Shown one piece after another: positions 49,682 to 63,233 of a stretch of DNA of 64,000 bases. Location: contig OZ241863.1 in the NCBI GenBank assembly GCA_965203055.1, forward strand, positions 2,464,001 through 2,528,000. Direction: 5' to 3'. Each line of letters begins with the position of its first letter. The stretch's first letter is position 1. The position numbers and the translations under genes were made by a program. The DNA is from Spirochaetia bacterium (GTDB lineage Bacteria > Spirochaetota > Spirochaetia > SZUA-6 > Bin103). The notes below the pieces were generated by a model. That model had not been told where the DNA came from. It saw only the letters and a program-made list of their open reading frames with translations, and made no database searches.

Positions 49682-52003
49682 TCACTCGTCCCCGCCTACC
49701 TGCACCCGAAGCTGCTGGCCGGCCAGGGTCTGGCGCGCCCAGAACAGGTTCTGGCTCGCGTCGTTGCCGCCCGCCGCCAGGATGGCGGTGCCGGTCGCGG
49801 TGGTGCCGCCGCCCGGCGCCGCCGTAAAGGTCACCGTCGGGGCGGTCACGTAGCCGCTCCCCCCGTTGGTGATCTCCACCGACCGGATGACGTATTCGAA
49901 GACCGCGGTGCCGACCGCGGTGGTGGCGCCGGTCGGCGCCGCCGTAAAGGAGACGGTCGGGGCGGAGGTGTAGCCGCTGCCGGGGTTGGTGACCGTCGCC
50001 GTCGGGACGGCGTAGGCCATCACCGCGGTGGCGGTCGCCCCGCTGCCGCCGCCGCCGGTAAGGGAGACGGTGGGCGCCGAGGTGTAGCCGCTGCCGGCGG
50101 TGCCGGGCGTCACCGAGGCGACCCCGTAGTTCATCACCGCGGTGCCGGTCGCCGCGGTGCCGGACGACGGCGTCGAAAAGGTCACGGTGGGGGCCGAGGT
50201 GTAGCCGCTCCCCCCGGCGGTGACCGTCACCTCATCTGCCTCGACGACCACGGTCGCGGTGGCGGCCGCCCCGCTGCCGCCGCCGCCGGAGAAGGAGACG
50301 GTGGGCGCCGAGGTGTAGCCGCTTCCGCCGCTGGTGACGTCAACCCCGGTGATGGTGCTGCCCATCACCGCGCGGTAGCCGGCCCCGCTGCCGCCGCCGC
50401 CGGTAAAGGTGATCGTGGGAGCGGAGGTGTAGCCGCTCCCCGCGTTGGTGACGTCGACCCCTCGAATGTTGGAGTACATTCTCACGTTGAACGTTGCCCC
50501 CGTGCCTACCGTAATGGAGACCGTGGGGGGCGAGGTGTAGCCGCGCCCCCGGTTGGTGAATACGAGGCGGTCCGCCCGCCCGTCTGAATGCCTGCTCAAG
50601 GTGGCGGTTGCCCTGGTGCCGCCGGACGGCGGCGCCGAAAGGGTCACGACGGAGGCCGACGTGTAACCGCTGCCGTCGGCGGTTTTCGGCGCGCTCTGGA
50701 CGGCGTCGGGCCCCCACGCGGTGCCGGTCGCGGTGGTGCCGCCGGCCCGTTGTGGGGCCGAGAAGGTCGCGGTCGGGACCGAGGTGTAGCCGCTCCCGTA
50801 CTGATTGCCGATCCTCGTCACGGAAGCGACGCTGTCGGGCCCGGTCGCGGCGGCGGCCGCGCCGCTGCCGCCGCCGCCGGAGAAGGAGACGGTGGGGGGC
50901 GAGGTGTAGCCGCTGCCGGCGTTCCCGACCGACACCGAAGTGACGGCCCCGCGTGTCGTCGCGGTGGCGGTAGCTCCGCTGCCGCCGCCGCCCGAAATGG
51001 TGACCGTGGGCGCCCCCGTATAGCCCGATCCCCGGGTATCGAGCGTCACGTCAGCGACGCTGCCGCTGAGCGCCGCGGTGCCGGCCGCATCGGTGCCGCC
51101 GGACGGCGCCGCCGAGAAGGAGACGGTGGGCGCCGACGTGTAGCCGCTGCCGGCGGTATCGACGTTCACCGAAGTGACGCTGCCGCTGATATCCGGGGTG
51201 GCGGCCGCGCCGCTGCCGCCGCCGCCGGAAAAGGAGATGGTGGGCGCCGAGGTGTAGCCGGCGCCGGCGGTCGTGACGTTCACCGAACCGACGCCGCCGC
51301 CGCCCGCTACGTCGGCGGTTGCCCGGGTGCCGCCGGCCGGCGGCGGAGCAAGGGTCACGGTGGGCGCCGAGGTGTAGCCGCTGCCCCGCTCGGTAATCCT
51401 GACCGACGCGACGGTGTCCGAGGCCCCAGACTGATCCGGGGCGGTGAGCACCAGCACGATCGCGCCCGCGCTCACTTCGGCGCCAACCGTCCACTGCGCG
51501 CCTGAGATGTCGCCGGCGAAGGTCGGCGCGGTCGCCGTGCTCGTGAACGGCAGCTCGTTGCCGCCGATCGACACGGTCACCTTCTCGCCCTCGGCGCCGG
51601 TGATCCCGTCCCAGGCGAACGGCTCGGAGCGGATCGTCGAGAGGCTCGGGTCCGCTGCGTCAGGCAGCGGCAGCGCCGATGACCAAGCATCCTCTCCCAG
51701 GGGCCAGCTCTTCGTGGCCGCCGGAGTCGGGGCCGGCGCGGTCGGCGACCCGCCATTGCCGCCGGCGCCGCCGCCGGCTCCGTTTCCGCCCGCGCCGCCG
51801 GCGCCCGTACCGCCGGTCGCGCCCGGCCGGGCCGTCTGCTGGCACGCCAGCAGGGCGATGCCGATGACTGCCGCCAGCGCCAGGAGCGCTGCCTTGCCGC
51901 TCATCCCCTTGACCCTCGCCGGCCGGAGCTGCCGAGGTCGGCCCGAATCTTTCGGTTCATGGGGGGGGGGGGTAAGCGTAAGCTCGTTGTCGTTACCGGT
52001 CAT
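49682..52003 (-). CDS. Putative surface lipoprotein with 14 GSGYT/APTVT repeats (paralogue 2)
   Basis: SD GGGAG 8 nt before ATG 52003 (alternative ATG 51904); lipobox-like IALLA-C; same flanking domain halves as paralogue 1. Confidence 0.8.
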   Translation of the reverse strand: MTGNDNELTLTPPPHEPKDSGRPRQLRPARVKGMSGKAALLALAAVIGIALLACQQTARPGATGGTGAGGAGGNGAGGGAGGNGGSPTAPAPTPAATKSWPLGEDAWSSALPLPDAADPSLSTIRSEPFAWDGITGAEGEKVTVSIGGNELPFTSTATAPTFAGDISGAQWTVGAEVSAGAIVLVLTAPDQSGASDTVASVRITERGSGYTSAPTVTLAPPPAGGTRATADVAGGGGVGSVNVTTAGAGYTSAPTISFSGGGGSGAAATPDISGSVTSVNVDTAGSGYTSAPTVSFSAAPSGGTDAAGTAALSGSVADVTLDTRGSGYTGAPTVTISGGGGSGATATATTRGAVTSVSVGNAGSGYTSPPTVSFSGGGGSGAAAAATGPDSVASVTRIGNQYGSGYTSVPTATFSAPQRAGGTTATGTAWGPDAVQSAPKTADGSGYTSASVVTLSAPPSGGTRATATLSRHSDGRADRLVFTNRGRGYTSPPTVSITVGTGATFNVRMYSNIRGVDVTNAGSGYTSAPTITFTGGGGSGAGYRAVMGSTITGVDVTSGGSGYTSAPTVSFSGGGGSGAAATATVVVEADEVTVTAGGSGYTSAPTVTFSTPSSGTAATGTAVMNYGVASVTPGTAGSGYTSAPTVSLTGGGGSGATATAVMAYAVPTATVTNPGSGYTSAPTVSFTAAPTGATTAVGTAVFEYVIRSVEITNGGSGYVTAPTVTFTAAPGGGTTATGTAILAAGGNDASQNLFWARQTLAGQQLRVQVGGDE
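51961..51972 (-). repeat. C12 homopolymer in the 5' coding region of lipoprotein 2
   Basis: + strand ttcat(G)12taagc. Confidence 0.9.
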
Positions 52004-52148
52004 TCAGAGTACTCCCAAAGCTGGATTCGGAATACGACGCGCATAATCAATCTATTGGCCACTGCCGGCGGCCGTCAAGAGTGCGCGGCAACGGCGGCAA
52101 CGGCGCGGCGTTGTCCGGGGCCGGCCCAAGCACGTAGTATAGGGCGCG

Positions 52149-53507
52149 ATGGATAAGCTGAGAGCGAGCCGCACGGCTCGGTGCGCGGGCCTCACGGGTC
52201 TGTTCGGGGTGCTGGCCGGGGTTCCGGCGTTCGCCCAGGAGGCGTCGGCGGCGAACCAGATCGCCGCCATCATCACCGGCGTCGATACGCTGTGGGTGCT
52301 GATGGCCGCGTTTCTGGTGTTTCTGATGCAGGCCGGGTTCGGCATGCTGGAGGCCGGCCTGATCCGCGCCAAGAACACCGCCAACATCCTGATGAAGAAC
52401 CTGATGGACTTCTGCATGGCCTCGCTCGGTTTCTTCATCTTCGGCTACGCGATCATGTTCGGCTCCGGCAATCCGCTGTTCGGCACTTCGGGTTGGCTGC
52501 TGCTCGGCGCCGAGTCCGCGGCGGACGTGCCGCTGTTCGCCTTCTGGCTGTTCCAGGCGGTGTTCGTCGGCGCCGCCGCCACCATCGTGGCCGGCGGCAT
52601 GGCCGAGCGGATGAAGTTTCCGGCCTACGTGATCTACTCGTTTCTGATCTCCGCGTTCGTCTATCCGGTGGTCGGCCACTGGGTGTGGGGCGGCGGCTGG
52701 CTGGCCGGCCTGGGCTTTACCGACTTTGCCGGCTCCACCGTGGTGCACGCGGTCGGCGGCTGGGCCGCCTTCATCGGCACCCGCTGCCTGGGTCCGCGCA
52801 TCGGCAAGTTCAGTCCCGACGGCAAGCCCAACGTGATCGAGGGACACTCCCTGCCGCTCGCTTCTCTGGGGATGTTCCTGTTGTGGTTCGGCTGGTTCGG
52901 CTTCAACCCCGGCTCCACCCTGGGGGTCGGCGACGGCTCCCTCATCGCCCGCGTCGCCATCAACACCAACCTCGCCGCGGCCGCCGGGGCAATCGCGGCC
53001 ACCGCCGCGGTCTGGCTGACGGCCGGCAAGCCCGACCTCACCATGGGGATGAACGGCGCCCTGGCCGGACTGGTGGCGATCACCGCGCCGTGCGCGTTCG
53101 TGGAACCGGGGCACGCGATACTGATCGGGCTGATCGGCGGCGTGATCGTGGTGTTCGGAGTGTTCTACCTCGACCGCCATCGCGTCGACGACCCGGTGGG
53201 AGCCATCGCAGTGCACGGCATGAACGGCATCTGGGGAACCCTGGCGGTGGGCATCTGGGGGCAGGCTGCGTTGGGCGTCCCCAACGACGGCCTGTGGTAC
53301 GGCGGCGGCTTTGGCCAGCTCGGGGTGCAGCTGCTCGGCACGGTCACCGTGAGCGTGTTCATCATCGTCGCCATGGGGCTCATCTTCAAGCTGATCGACC
53401 GGGTGGTAGGTCTGCGCGTGCCGCGTGAGGAAGAGTTGAAGGGCCTGGACGTCGCCGAACACGGCGCCGACGCCTACGGCGGCTTCCAGGTGTTTTCCAC
53501 CGAGTAG
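52149..53507 (+). CDS. amtB: Ammonium transporter
   Basis: MQAGF, DFAGSTVVH, WFGWFGFN, DDPVGAIAVHG. Confidence 0.95.
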   Translation: MDKLRASRTARCAGLTGLFGVLAGVPAFAQEASAANQIAAIITGVDTLWVLMAAFLVFLMQAGFGMLEAGLIRAKNTANILMKNLMDFCMASLGFFIFGYAIMFGSGNPLFGTSGWLLLGAESAADVPLFAFWLFQAVFVGAAATIVAGGMAERMKFPAYVIYSFLISAFVYPVVGHWVWGGGWLAGLGFTDFAGSTVVHAVGGWAAFIGTRCLGPRIGKFSPDGKPNVIEGHSLPLASLGMFLLWFGWFGFNPGSTLGVGDGSLIARVAINTNLAAAAGAIAATAAVWLTAGKPDLTMGMNGALAGLVAITAPCAFVEPGHAILIGLIGGVIVVFGVFYLDRHRVDDPVGAIAVHGMNGIWGTLAVGIWGQAALGVPNDGLWYGGGFGQLGVQLLGTVTVSVFIIVAMGLIFKLIDRVVGLRVPREEELKGLDVAEHGADAYGGFQVFSTE

Positions 53508-53526
53508 CGCCCGCCCGGCAGGGCGG

Positions 53527-54192
53527 TCAGCGGTTCAGGTCGACGTGCTTGCCGGTGGTGACGTAGATCACCGCCTCGCAGATGTTGGTGGCGTGATCGC
53601 CGGCGCGCTCCAGTTGCTTGGCCACGAACAGCAGCGACGACGCCTGGGTGATGTTGCGCGGGGTCTCCATCATGTAGGTGAGCAGCTCGCGGAACAGGTG
53701 CGAGTAGGTCTCGTCCACCTTGTTGTCGCGGGCGCTGACCTGTTCCGCCAGGGCGCTGTCCTGGGTCACGAAGCTGCGCACCGAGTCGCGCAGCATGGCG
53801 CAGGTCTCGTCGGCCATCAACGGTATCGCGATCAGTTCCTTGATGAGCTGCTCGGAGGCCAGCCGTTGCGCAACCCGCGCCATGTGCACCGCCAGGTCGC
53901 CGGTCCGCTCCAGTTGCGCGATGACGTTGAGCGTGCCGACGATCTGCCGCAGGTCGGTGGCTACCGGCTGCTCGGTGGCGAGCAGCCGCACGCAGGAGTC
54001 GTCGATGTCGTGATGCATGCGGTTGACGAGGTCCTCGTCGCGCAGCACCTGCTCCGCGAGGCGCACGTCGTGCTCTTCCAGCGCCCGGACCGAACCGCGT
54101 ATGGCGCGTTCCACCTGCTGCCCCATGGTGGTGAGCGCGTCGCGCAATTCGGCGAAGGCTTGGTCGTATTGGGCCCGCAACGGCGGCGTCAC
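53527..54192 (-). CDS. phoU: Phosphate signalling protein PhoU
   Basis: QPVATDLR, LERTGD, LERAGDHATNI.E. Confidence 0.95.
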   Translation of the reverse strand: MTPPLRAQYDQAFAELRDALTTMGQQVERAIRGSVRALEEHDVRLAEQVLRDEDLVNRMHHDIDDSCVRLLATEQPVATDLRQIVGTLNVIAQLERTGDLAVHMARVAQRLASEQLIKELIAIPLMADETCAMLRDSVRSFVTQDSALAEQVSARDNKVDETYSHLFRELLTYMMETPRNITQASSLLFVAKQLERAGDHATNICEAVIYVTTGKHVDLNR

Positions 54193-54214
54193 TTCGCGCT
54201 CCCGCTCCCTCGGC

Positions 54215-55030
<816 letters not shown>

Positions 55031-55133
55031 CGTCGGCCCCCCTGCGCCGCCGCCGGCAGCGGCCCCGCGCCGCCTTTCCCGATGACACGGCGCCCGGAAC
55101 CGTGCGGGCGCGGCGCGCCGCCGGCGCCCGCCA

Positions 55134-56366
55134 TCAGGTAATCCCCCGTTGTTTGGCATAGTGGTTGCGCAGCAGGATGGCGGTGGCGTTCAGCGTCAAC
55201 AACAATACCAGCAACACCAGGATGGCGGCGGCCGCCGCGTTGCGGAACTCCGCCTGCGGGCGCGCCGTCCACTGATAGATCTGAATCGGCAGCGTGGTGA
55301 ACTTGGAGAACGGGCCGGCCGGATCCAGCGTCACCAGGGTGGAGGCGCCAACCACCACCATCGGAGCGGTCTCGCCGATGGCCCGCGAGGTCGCCAGGAT
55401 GGTGCCGGTCAGGATGCGGTCCAGCGAGCCGGGCAGCACGTGATCGCGAATCGTCTGCCACTTGCTCGCGCCAAGCCCGTAGCTCGACTGCCGCAGACTG
55501 TCGGGCACCGCCTTGATCGCCTCCTGGGCGTTGATGATGATGACCGGGAGAATCAGCAGGCCGAGCGTCAGCCCGGCGGACAGGATGGTCCTGCCGTTGG
55601 CGCCGGCGCCGCCGGCCAACCCGAAGAGCGCGCCGCTGGTGAACGGTTCCATGGCGCGCACGAACACCGTCAATCCGAGCATCCCGTAGATGATCGACGG
55701 CACCCCCGCCAGATTGTTGATGTTGGTCTGGATGGCGCGGTTGAGACGCGTGTCGAGCGCGTACTCTTCCAGGTAGATGGCGGCGCCGACGCCCACCGGA
55801 AACGCGAACAGCACAGTGATCAGTATGGTCCACAGCGACCCCTTGATGGCCGCCCGCACCCCGGCGTCCTCCGGCGTGCTCGACTGCGCGCGGCTGATGA
55901 ACGCGCCGCTCAGCCAGGAACGGGGCGCTACCCGCGCCGCGGGATACTTGGCCGCCGCCTCCCGCAGCACCGCCTCGCGCCGGACCAGCGAGTCCCACAG
56001 CGGCCAGGCCTGCGCCACCGACGGATCCACCACCCGCTCGATCACCAGCGCGTAGAGCTCGTCGCGGCTGCGCTCGGCAAGCGGCCGCTCGCGGTCGAAG
56101 CGCCGCAGCAGGCCGCGCGAGAGGTGCTCGCCCATCACCTCCAGCAGCAGCTCCCGGTTCATGCGCTCCAGCGGCACGCCGCCGCGGGTCAGTTCCCGCG
56201 GCTCGATGGCGTTCTCGATCGCCACCAGGCCGAAGGCCCGATTGGCGATCGTCAGCAGCAGCGCGGTAAGCATCACGATCGCCACCGCGGTGGCGGCGTG
56301 GAACACCAGCCGCCAGACCAGGCCCAGGCGATGGCGCCCCGCCAGATTGCCCGGCATGGCGCTCAC
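55134..56366 (-). CDS. pstA: Phosphate ABC permease
   Basis: [26 protein letters not shown]. Confidence 0.94.
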   Translation of the reverse strand: MSAMPGNLAGRHRLGLVWRLVFHAATAVAIVMLTALLLTIANRAFGLVAIENAIEPRELTRGGVPLERMNRELLLEVMGEHLSRGLLRRFDRERPLAERSRDELYALVIERVVDPSVAQAWPLWDSLVRREAVLREAAAKYPAARVAPRSWLSGAFISRAQSSTPEDAGVRAAIKGSLWTILITVLFAFPVGVGAAIYLEEYALDTRLNRAIQTNINNLAGVPSIIYGMLGLTVFVRAMEPFTSGALFGLAGGAGANGRTILSAGLTLGLLILPVIIINAQEAIKAVPDSLRQSSYGLGASKWQTIRDHVLPGSLDRILTGTILATSRAIGETAPMVVVGASTLVTLDPAGPFSKFTTLPIQIYQWTARPQAEFRNAAAAAILVLLVLLLTLNATAILLRNHYAKQRGIT

Positions 56367-57352
56367 TCGTATACCTCGCGGAAGCGGCGGACGATGCGGC
56401 GGCTCAACATGTTCAGCCCCAGGGTGATGAAGAACAACACCAGGCCGATCGAGTAGATGCTGTTGTAATCGATCGACTGATAGCTCAGGTCGCCGCCGCT
56501 GATGCGCACGATGTGGCCGGTCATGGTCTCCGCGGCGTGGAACGGGTTGAAGGTGAAGGCCGAGCCGGCGCCGGCCGCCAGGGCGACCACCATGGTCTCG
56601 CCGACCGCCCGCGACAGCCCGATGATGAACGCCGCGGCCAGGCCGGAGAAGGCCGCCGGCACCACGATCTTGACCGCGGTCTCCAGGCGCGTCGCGCCCA
56701 GCCCCAGGGCGGCCTCGCGCAGCGCCACCGGCACCGCCGACAGCGCGTCCTCGGCCATCGACGATATCAGCGGCAGGATCAGGATCCCGATCACGATGCC
56801 GGCGGACGCCGTGTTGTAGATCTGCACCGCCTCCTGGCCGAACACGCCGCGCAGCAGGGGCGTCATGAAGGTGAGGGCGAAGTAGCCGTAGACCACCGTC
56901 GGGATCCCCGCCAGCACCTCCAGAATCGGCTTGAGGAACGCGCGCATGCGGCGGCCGGCGTATTCGCTGAGGTAGATCGCCACGCTCATGCCGATCGGAA
57001 CCGCGACCAGCATCGCGGTGAGGCTGGTCATCAGGGTGGCGTTGACCAGGGGCAGAATCCCGAACTTGCCGATCGCCGGCTGCCACTCGGTGGTGGTGAG
57101 GAAGGCCCACAGGTTCACCGCGTCGTTGCGGAAGAAGAGCACCGACTCGCGGCCGAGCACGAGTACGATACCCACCGTCACGAAGATCGACAGGGCGCCG
57201 CAGAAGAACAGCAATGCCTGGATGACGGCCTCGCCGGGCCGCGGCCGGTGCGAGAGCGCGTGCGCGCGCCCGCCGGACACCGCCCGGCTCAGGCGCGTGA
57301 CGCCGGTCGCCCCGACCCGTTGCGTAGTGGACAATGACAGCCTCGCGGGCAA
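56363..57352 (-). CDS. pstC: Phosphate ABC permease (start uncertain)
   Basis: AIYLSEY, LAGIPTVVYG, SRAVGETM. Confidence 0.94.
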   Translation of the reverse strand: MPARLSLSTTQRVGATGVTRLSRAVSGGRAHALSHRPRPGEAVIQALLFFCGALSIFVTVGIVLVLGRESVLFFRNDAVNLWAFLTTTEWQPAIGKFGILPLVNATLMTSLTAMLVAVPIGMSVAIYLSEYAGRRMRAFLKPILEVLAGIPTVVYGYFALTFMTPLLRGVFGQEAVQIYNTASAGIVIGILILPLISSMAEDALSAVPVALREAALGLGATRLETAVKIVVPAAFSGLAAAFIIGLSRAVGETMVVALAAGAGSAFTFNPFHAAETMTGHIVRISGGDLSYQSIDYNSIYSIGLVLFFITLGLNMLSRRIVRRFREVYE

Positions 57353-57454
57353 GTGTCGCCGCCGATTGTTAGGATTTTGTGAGCGCCGGACCAGTTTTGC
57401 ATGTTCTTCTCAGGCTGCGGCGCGGGCAGGCGGCGCGGCGGTCAAGCGCCGCGG

Positions 57455-58222
57455 TCAAGCGCCGCGCAGGGCTTGGCGGTAGAGCGCCTCCCGGCGCTTG
57501 AGGAAGTCCCAGGGCACGTCGTAGGCGCGTTCGAGCCGCTCGCGGGTATGGATCTCGCGGGTCGGCCCGATCAGCGGCGGCCCGTCCGGCCGGAACAGCG
57601 CCACGTAGTCCGAGAACTCCGCCGACAGCTCCAGTTCGTGCACCGAGTAGCACCAGGTCAGCCGCTCCCGCTGCGCGTACTCGTACAAGTAGCCCATTAC
57701 GGCGCGCTTCTGCCGCTCCTCCAGGGCGAACACCGGCTCGTCCATCATCAACGCGCGCGACCCGTAGAGCAGACAGAACGCCAGCAGGGTGCGCTGCAAC
57801 TCGCCCTTGCTCACCTCCTGGGTCCGCTTGTGGAGCACCCCGCGCAGCTCGAACACCTCTACCATCTCACGCATGAACTCTTCGCTGCGCTGCTCGTGAT
57901 ACCCGGTGCGGTATACGTAGGAGATCAGATCGCCGATCGACTGCTCGGTCTCGAACTCCATGTTCTGGTGGATCAACGACACGTGGCGCTGGCGCGCGTA
58001 GGGATCGCGCAGCCGCCGCGTGTCGACGCCGTGCAACAGCACCGTGCCGTCGCCGGGCACGGCGATGCCGCTGGCCAGCAGCATGAAGGTCGACTTGCCG
58101 GTGCCGTTCTGGCCCACCAGGGCCACCACTCCGGCCGGCAGCCGCAACGAGAGATCGCGAAACACCAGTTCGGTGCCCTCCGGATAGGCGTAGCTCACCT
58201 TGCGCAGCTCGACCGGATGCAT
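57455..58222 (-). CDS. ABC transporter ATP-binding protein
   Basis: GQNGTGKST, VSKGE, MMDEP, H-loop SVHE. Confidence 0.85.
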   Translation of the reverse strand: MHPVELRKVSYAYPEGTELVFRDLSLRLPAGVVALVGQNGTGKSTFMLLASGIAVPGDGTVLLHGVDTRRLRDPYARQRHVSLIHQNMEFETEQSIGDLISYVYRTGYHEQRSEEFMREMVEVFELRGVLHKRTQEVSKGELQRTLLAFCLLYGSRALMMDEPVFALEERQKRAVMGYLYEYAQRERLTWCYSVHELELSAEFSDYVALFRPDGPPLIGPTREIHTRERLERAYDVPWDFLKRREALYRQALRGA

Positions 58223-58288
58223 CGCCGCCATTCTTGCGCGCCGCGCGCCGGTTTGACCAGCGCCCGGCGGGGCCGCTACGCTGGGCCG

Positions 58289-60397
58289 GTGTCCGGCCGC
58301 GGCGGCGCCCTCAATCCCGAACAGGAACGGGCGGTCAACACCATCGACGGGCCGGTGATGGTGCTGGCCGGGGCCGGCTCCGGCAAGACCCGGGTCATCA
58401 CCGCGCGCCTCGCGCGCCTGCAGCGCGCCGGCGTCGACCCGCGCGCCATCGTCGCCCTCACCTTCACCAACAAGGCCGCGGCCGAAATGCGCGAGCGCGC
58501 CGCGGGCGCCGCCCGCGGCGCCGGCTCCGGGGGCGGCCGCGGGCGGCGGGCGGCGCCCGCGGTGGGCACCTTCCACGCCTTCGGCCTGCAACTCGTGCGC
58601 CGCTACCGGGACGAGCTGGGATTCCGCGCCGGCGGCGCCGCGGCGGCCGCGGTGACCGTGTACGACCAGCAGGACAGCGCCCAACTGTTGCGCGAGGTGG
58701 CCGGCGAGCTGCGGCTGGACGCCGACCTGGCGGAGGCCGACCCGGCGCTGCTGCAGCGGCTGGTGTCGGGGCTGCGCATGGGCATCGGGGCCGACGCCGC
58801 CGGCGGCGAGCAACTGCGCCGGCTCGCCGCCGCCTACGGGCGGCGGCTGCGCCTGCACCAGGCGGTCGACTTCGACGACCTCATCCTGCTGCCGTTGGAA
58901 TTGCTGCGCGGCGCCGCCGGGGACGCGATCCGCGCGCGCTACAGCCACGTCATGGTAGACGAGTTCCAGGACACCTCGCGGCGCCAGTACCAGCTCCTGC
59001 ATGCCCTCACCGCGGCCTCCCGCAACGTGTGCGTGGTGGGCGACGACGATCAGTCGATCTACTCCTGGCGCGGCGCCGAAGCCGCCAACTTCGACCACTT
59101 CAGCCGCGACTTCGCCGAGCGGGTGGAGATCAAGCTGGAGCAGAACTACCGCTCGACCGGATCGATTCTGGCGTTCGCCAATGCCGTGATCAGCCACAAC
59201 GGCGCGCGCCGGCCGAAGCGCCTGTGGAGCCGCGGCGGGGAGGGCGCGCGGGTGGTGGCCGCCTACCCGGAGAGCGATGCCGACGAGGCGGAGTGGATCG
59301 TGCGCCAGATCCGCAGCCTGGCGCTCGGCGCCGGGCTGCGCTACGCCGACTGCGCGGTGCTGGTGCGGGCCAACAACCTCACCCGCGCCCTGGAGGAGGT
59401 GCTGCTGCGGGAGGCAATCGCGTATCAGGTGTCGGGCGGCATGAGCTTCTTCAGCCGCCGCGAGGTGCGCGACCTGATCGCCTACCTGCGGGTGCTGGCC
59501 AACCCGGACGACGACGTCAGCCTGCGCCGCATCATCAACACGCCGCGCCGCGGCCTGGGCGCCGCCGCCCTGGAACGGATCGCCGCGGTCGGCGCGGCGC
59601 GCGGCTGCTCGCTCTACTCCGCCCTGGCGCTGGTGGGCAGCGGCGAGGCGGCGGCGGACGGCGCCGGGGCCGGCCGCGAACCGAAGCGGCTGCGCGCCCT
59701 CGGCGGCGAGCTGGCGGAGCTGCTGGAACGCTACGCGGCGCGCATGCGCAACGGCGAGCGGCGCCGCGCCATGGCGCCGGTGCTGGCCGAGCTGGTCGAC
59801 GAGCTGCAGTACCGCAACCACCTGCTGGACGGCGCGCGCCCCGAGGTGGCGCGCTGGCGGGTCTCCAACGTCGACTCGGTGATCGGCTCGCTGGCCGACT
59901 TCGAGCAGCATCCGGACCGCATCCAGCCCACCCTGGCCGACTACCTGACGCGCACCGCGCTCGCCAGCCGCGACGACGACACGCCCGACCGCGGCGGCGA
60001 CCCGCGCGGCCGGGTGCAGCTCATGACCATCCACGCCGCCAAGGGGCTGGAGTTCGATACCGTGTTCATTGCCGGAGCGGACGACGGCTCGATCCCGCAC
60101 GCGCGCTCCCTGGCCGAGAGCGAAGCCAACCTGGAGGAGGAACGGCGCCTGTTCTACGTGGCCGCCACCCGCGCCCGCCGCCGCCTGTACGTTACCTGCC
60201 CCGCGGTGCGGCGGCGGCGGCGCGGCGGCGGGCCGCCGGAGGAATACGCCGCCGAGCCGTCGCGCTTCCTGCAGGAAGTCCCCCCGGACCTGGTCGACGG
60301 CGCGCGCGCCGAAGAGGAACTGGCGCCCGAACAGGCGCGCGCGCTGTTCGCCGACCTGAAGCGCCGCCTCGGCGCCGGCGGCGCCGGCTCCAATTGA
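58289..60397 (+). CDS. UvrD/Rep/PcrA family DNA helicase
   Basis: AGAGSGKT, TFTNKAA, VDEFQD, GDDDQSIY, NYRS, TIHAAKGLEF, EERRLFYV. Confidence 0.95.
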   Translation: MSGRGGALNPEQERAVNTIDGPVMVLAGAGSGKTRVITARLARLQRAGVDPRAIVALTFTNKAAAEMRERAAGAARGAGSGGGRGRRAAPAVGTFHAFGLQLVRRYRDELGFRAGGAAAAAVTVYDQQDSAQLLREVAGELRLDADLAEADPALLQRLVSGLRMGIGADAAGGEQLRRLAAAYGRRLRLHQAVDFDDLILLPLELLRGAAGDAIRARYSHVMVDEFQDTSRRQYQLLHALTAASRNVCVVGDDDQSIYSWRGAEAANFDHFSRDFAERVEIKLEQNYRSTGSILAFANAVISHNGARRPKRLWSRGGEGARVVAAYPESDADEAEWIVRQIRSLALGAGLRYADCAVLVRANNLTRALEEVLLREAIAYQVSGGMSFFSRREVRDLIAYLRVLANPDDDVSLRRIINTPRRGLGAAALERIAAVGAARGCSLYSALALVGSGEAAADGAGAGREPKRLRALGGELAELLERYAARMRNGERRRAMAPVLAELVDELQYRNHLLDGARPEVARWRVSNVDSVIGSLADFEQHPDRIQPTLADYLTRTALASRDDDTPDRGGDPRGRVQLMTIHAAKGLEFDTVFIAGADDGSIPHARSLAESEANLEEERRLFYVAATRARRRLYVTCPAVRRRRRGGGPPEEYAAEPSRFLQEVPPDLVDGARAEEELAPEQARALFADLKRRLGAGGAGSN

Positions 60398-60491
60398 CAC
60401 GGCGGCGCGGTTGCCGCTAAGGTCCGGGCCTCACCCCACTACGTCCATTTGCGGTGTCCCATTGCGGTCCCATTTGCGAACGAGGTAACCG

Positions 60492-63170
<2,679 letters not shown>

Positions 63171-63233
63171 GCCACCGGCCTACGGGCGTAGCCAGCCGCC
63201 CGCGTGCGCGGCGGACGGCTGGTGGGCGCGGGT

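Noticed and set aside
57401..60400. Overlapping 998-aa and 981-aa ORFs
   Set aside because: GC-rich shadow extensions; the real genes are the divergent ABC ATPase and helicase. The same applies to most long antisense ORFs in the track.
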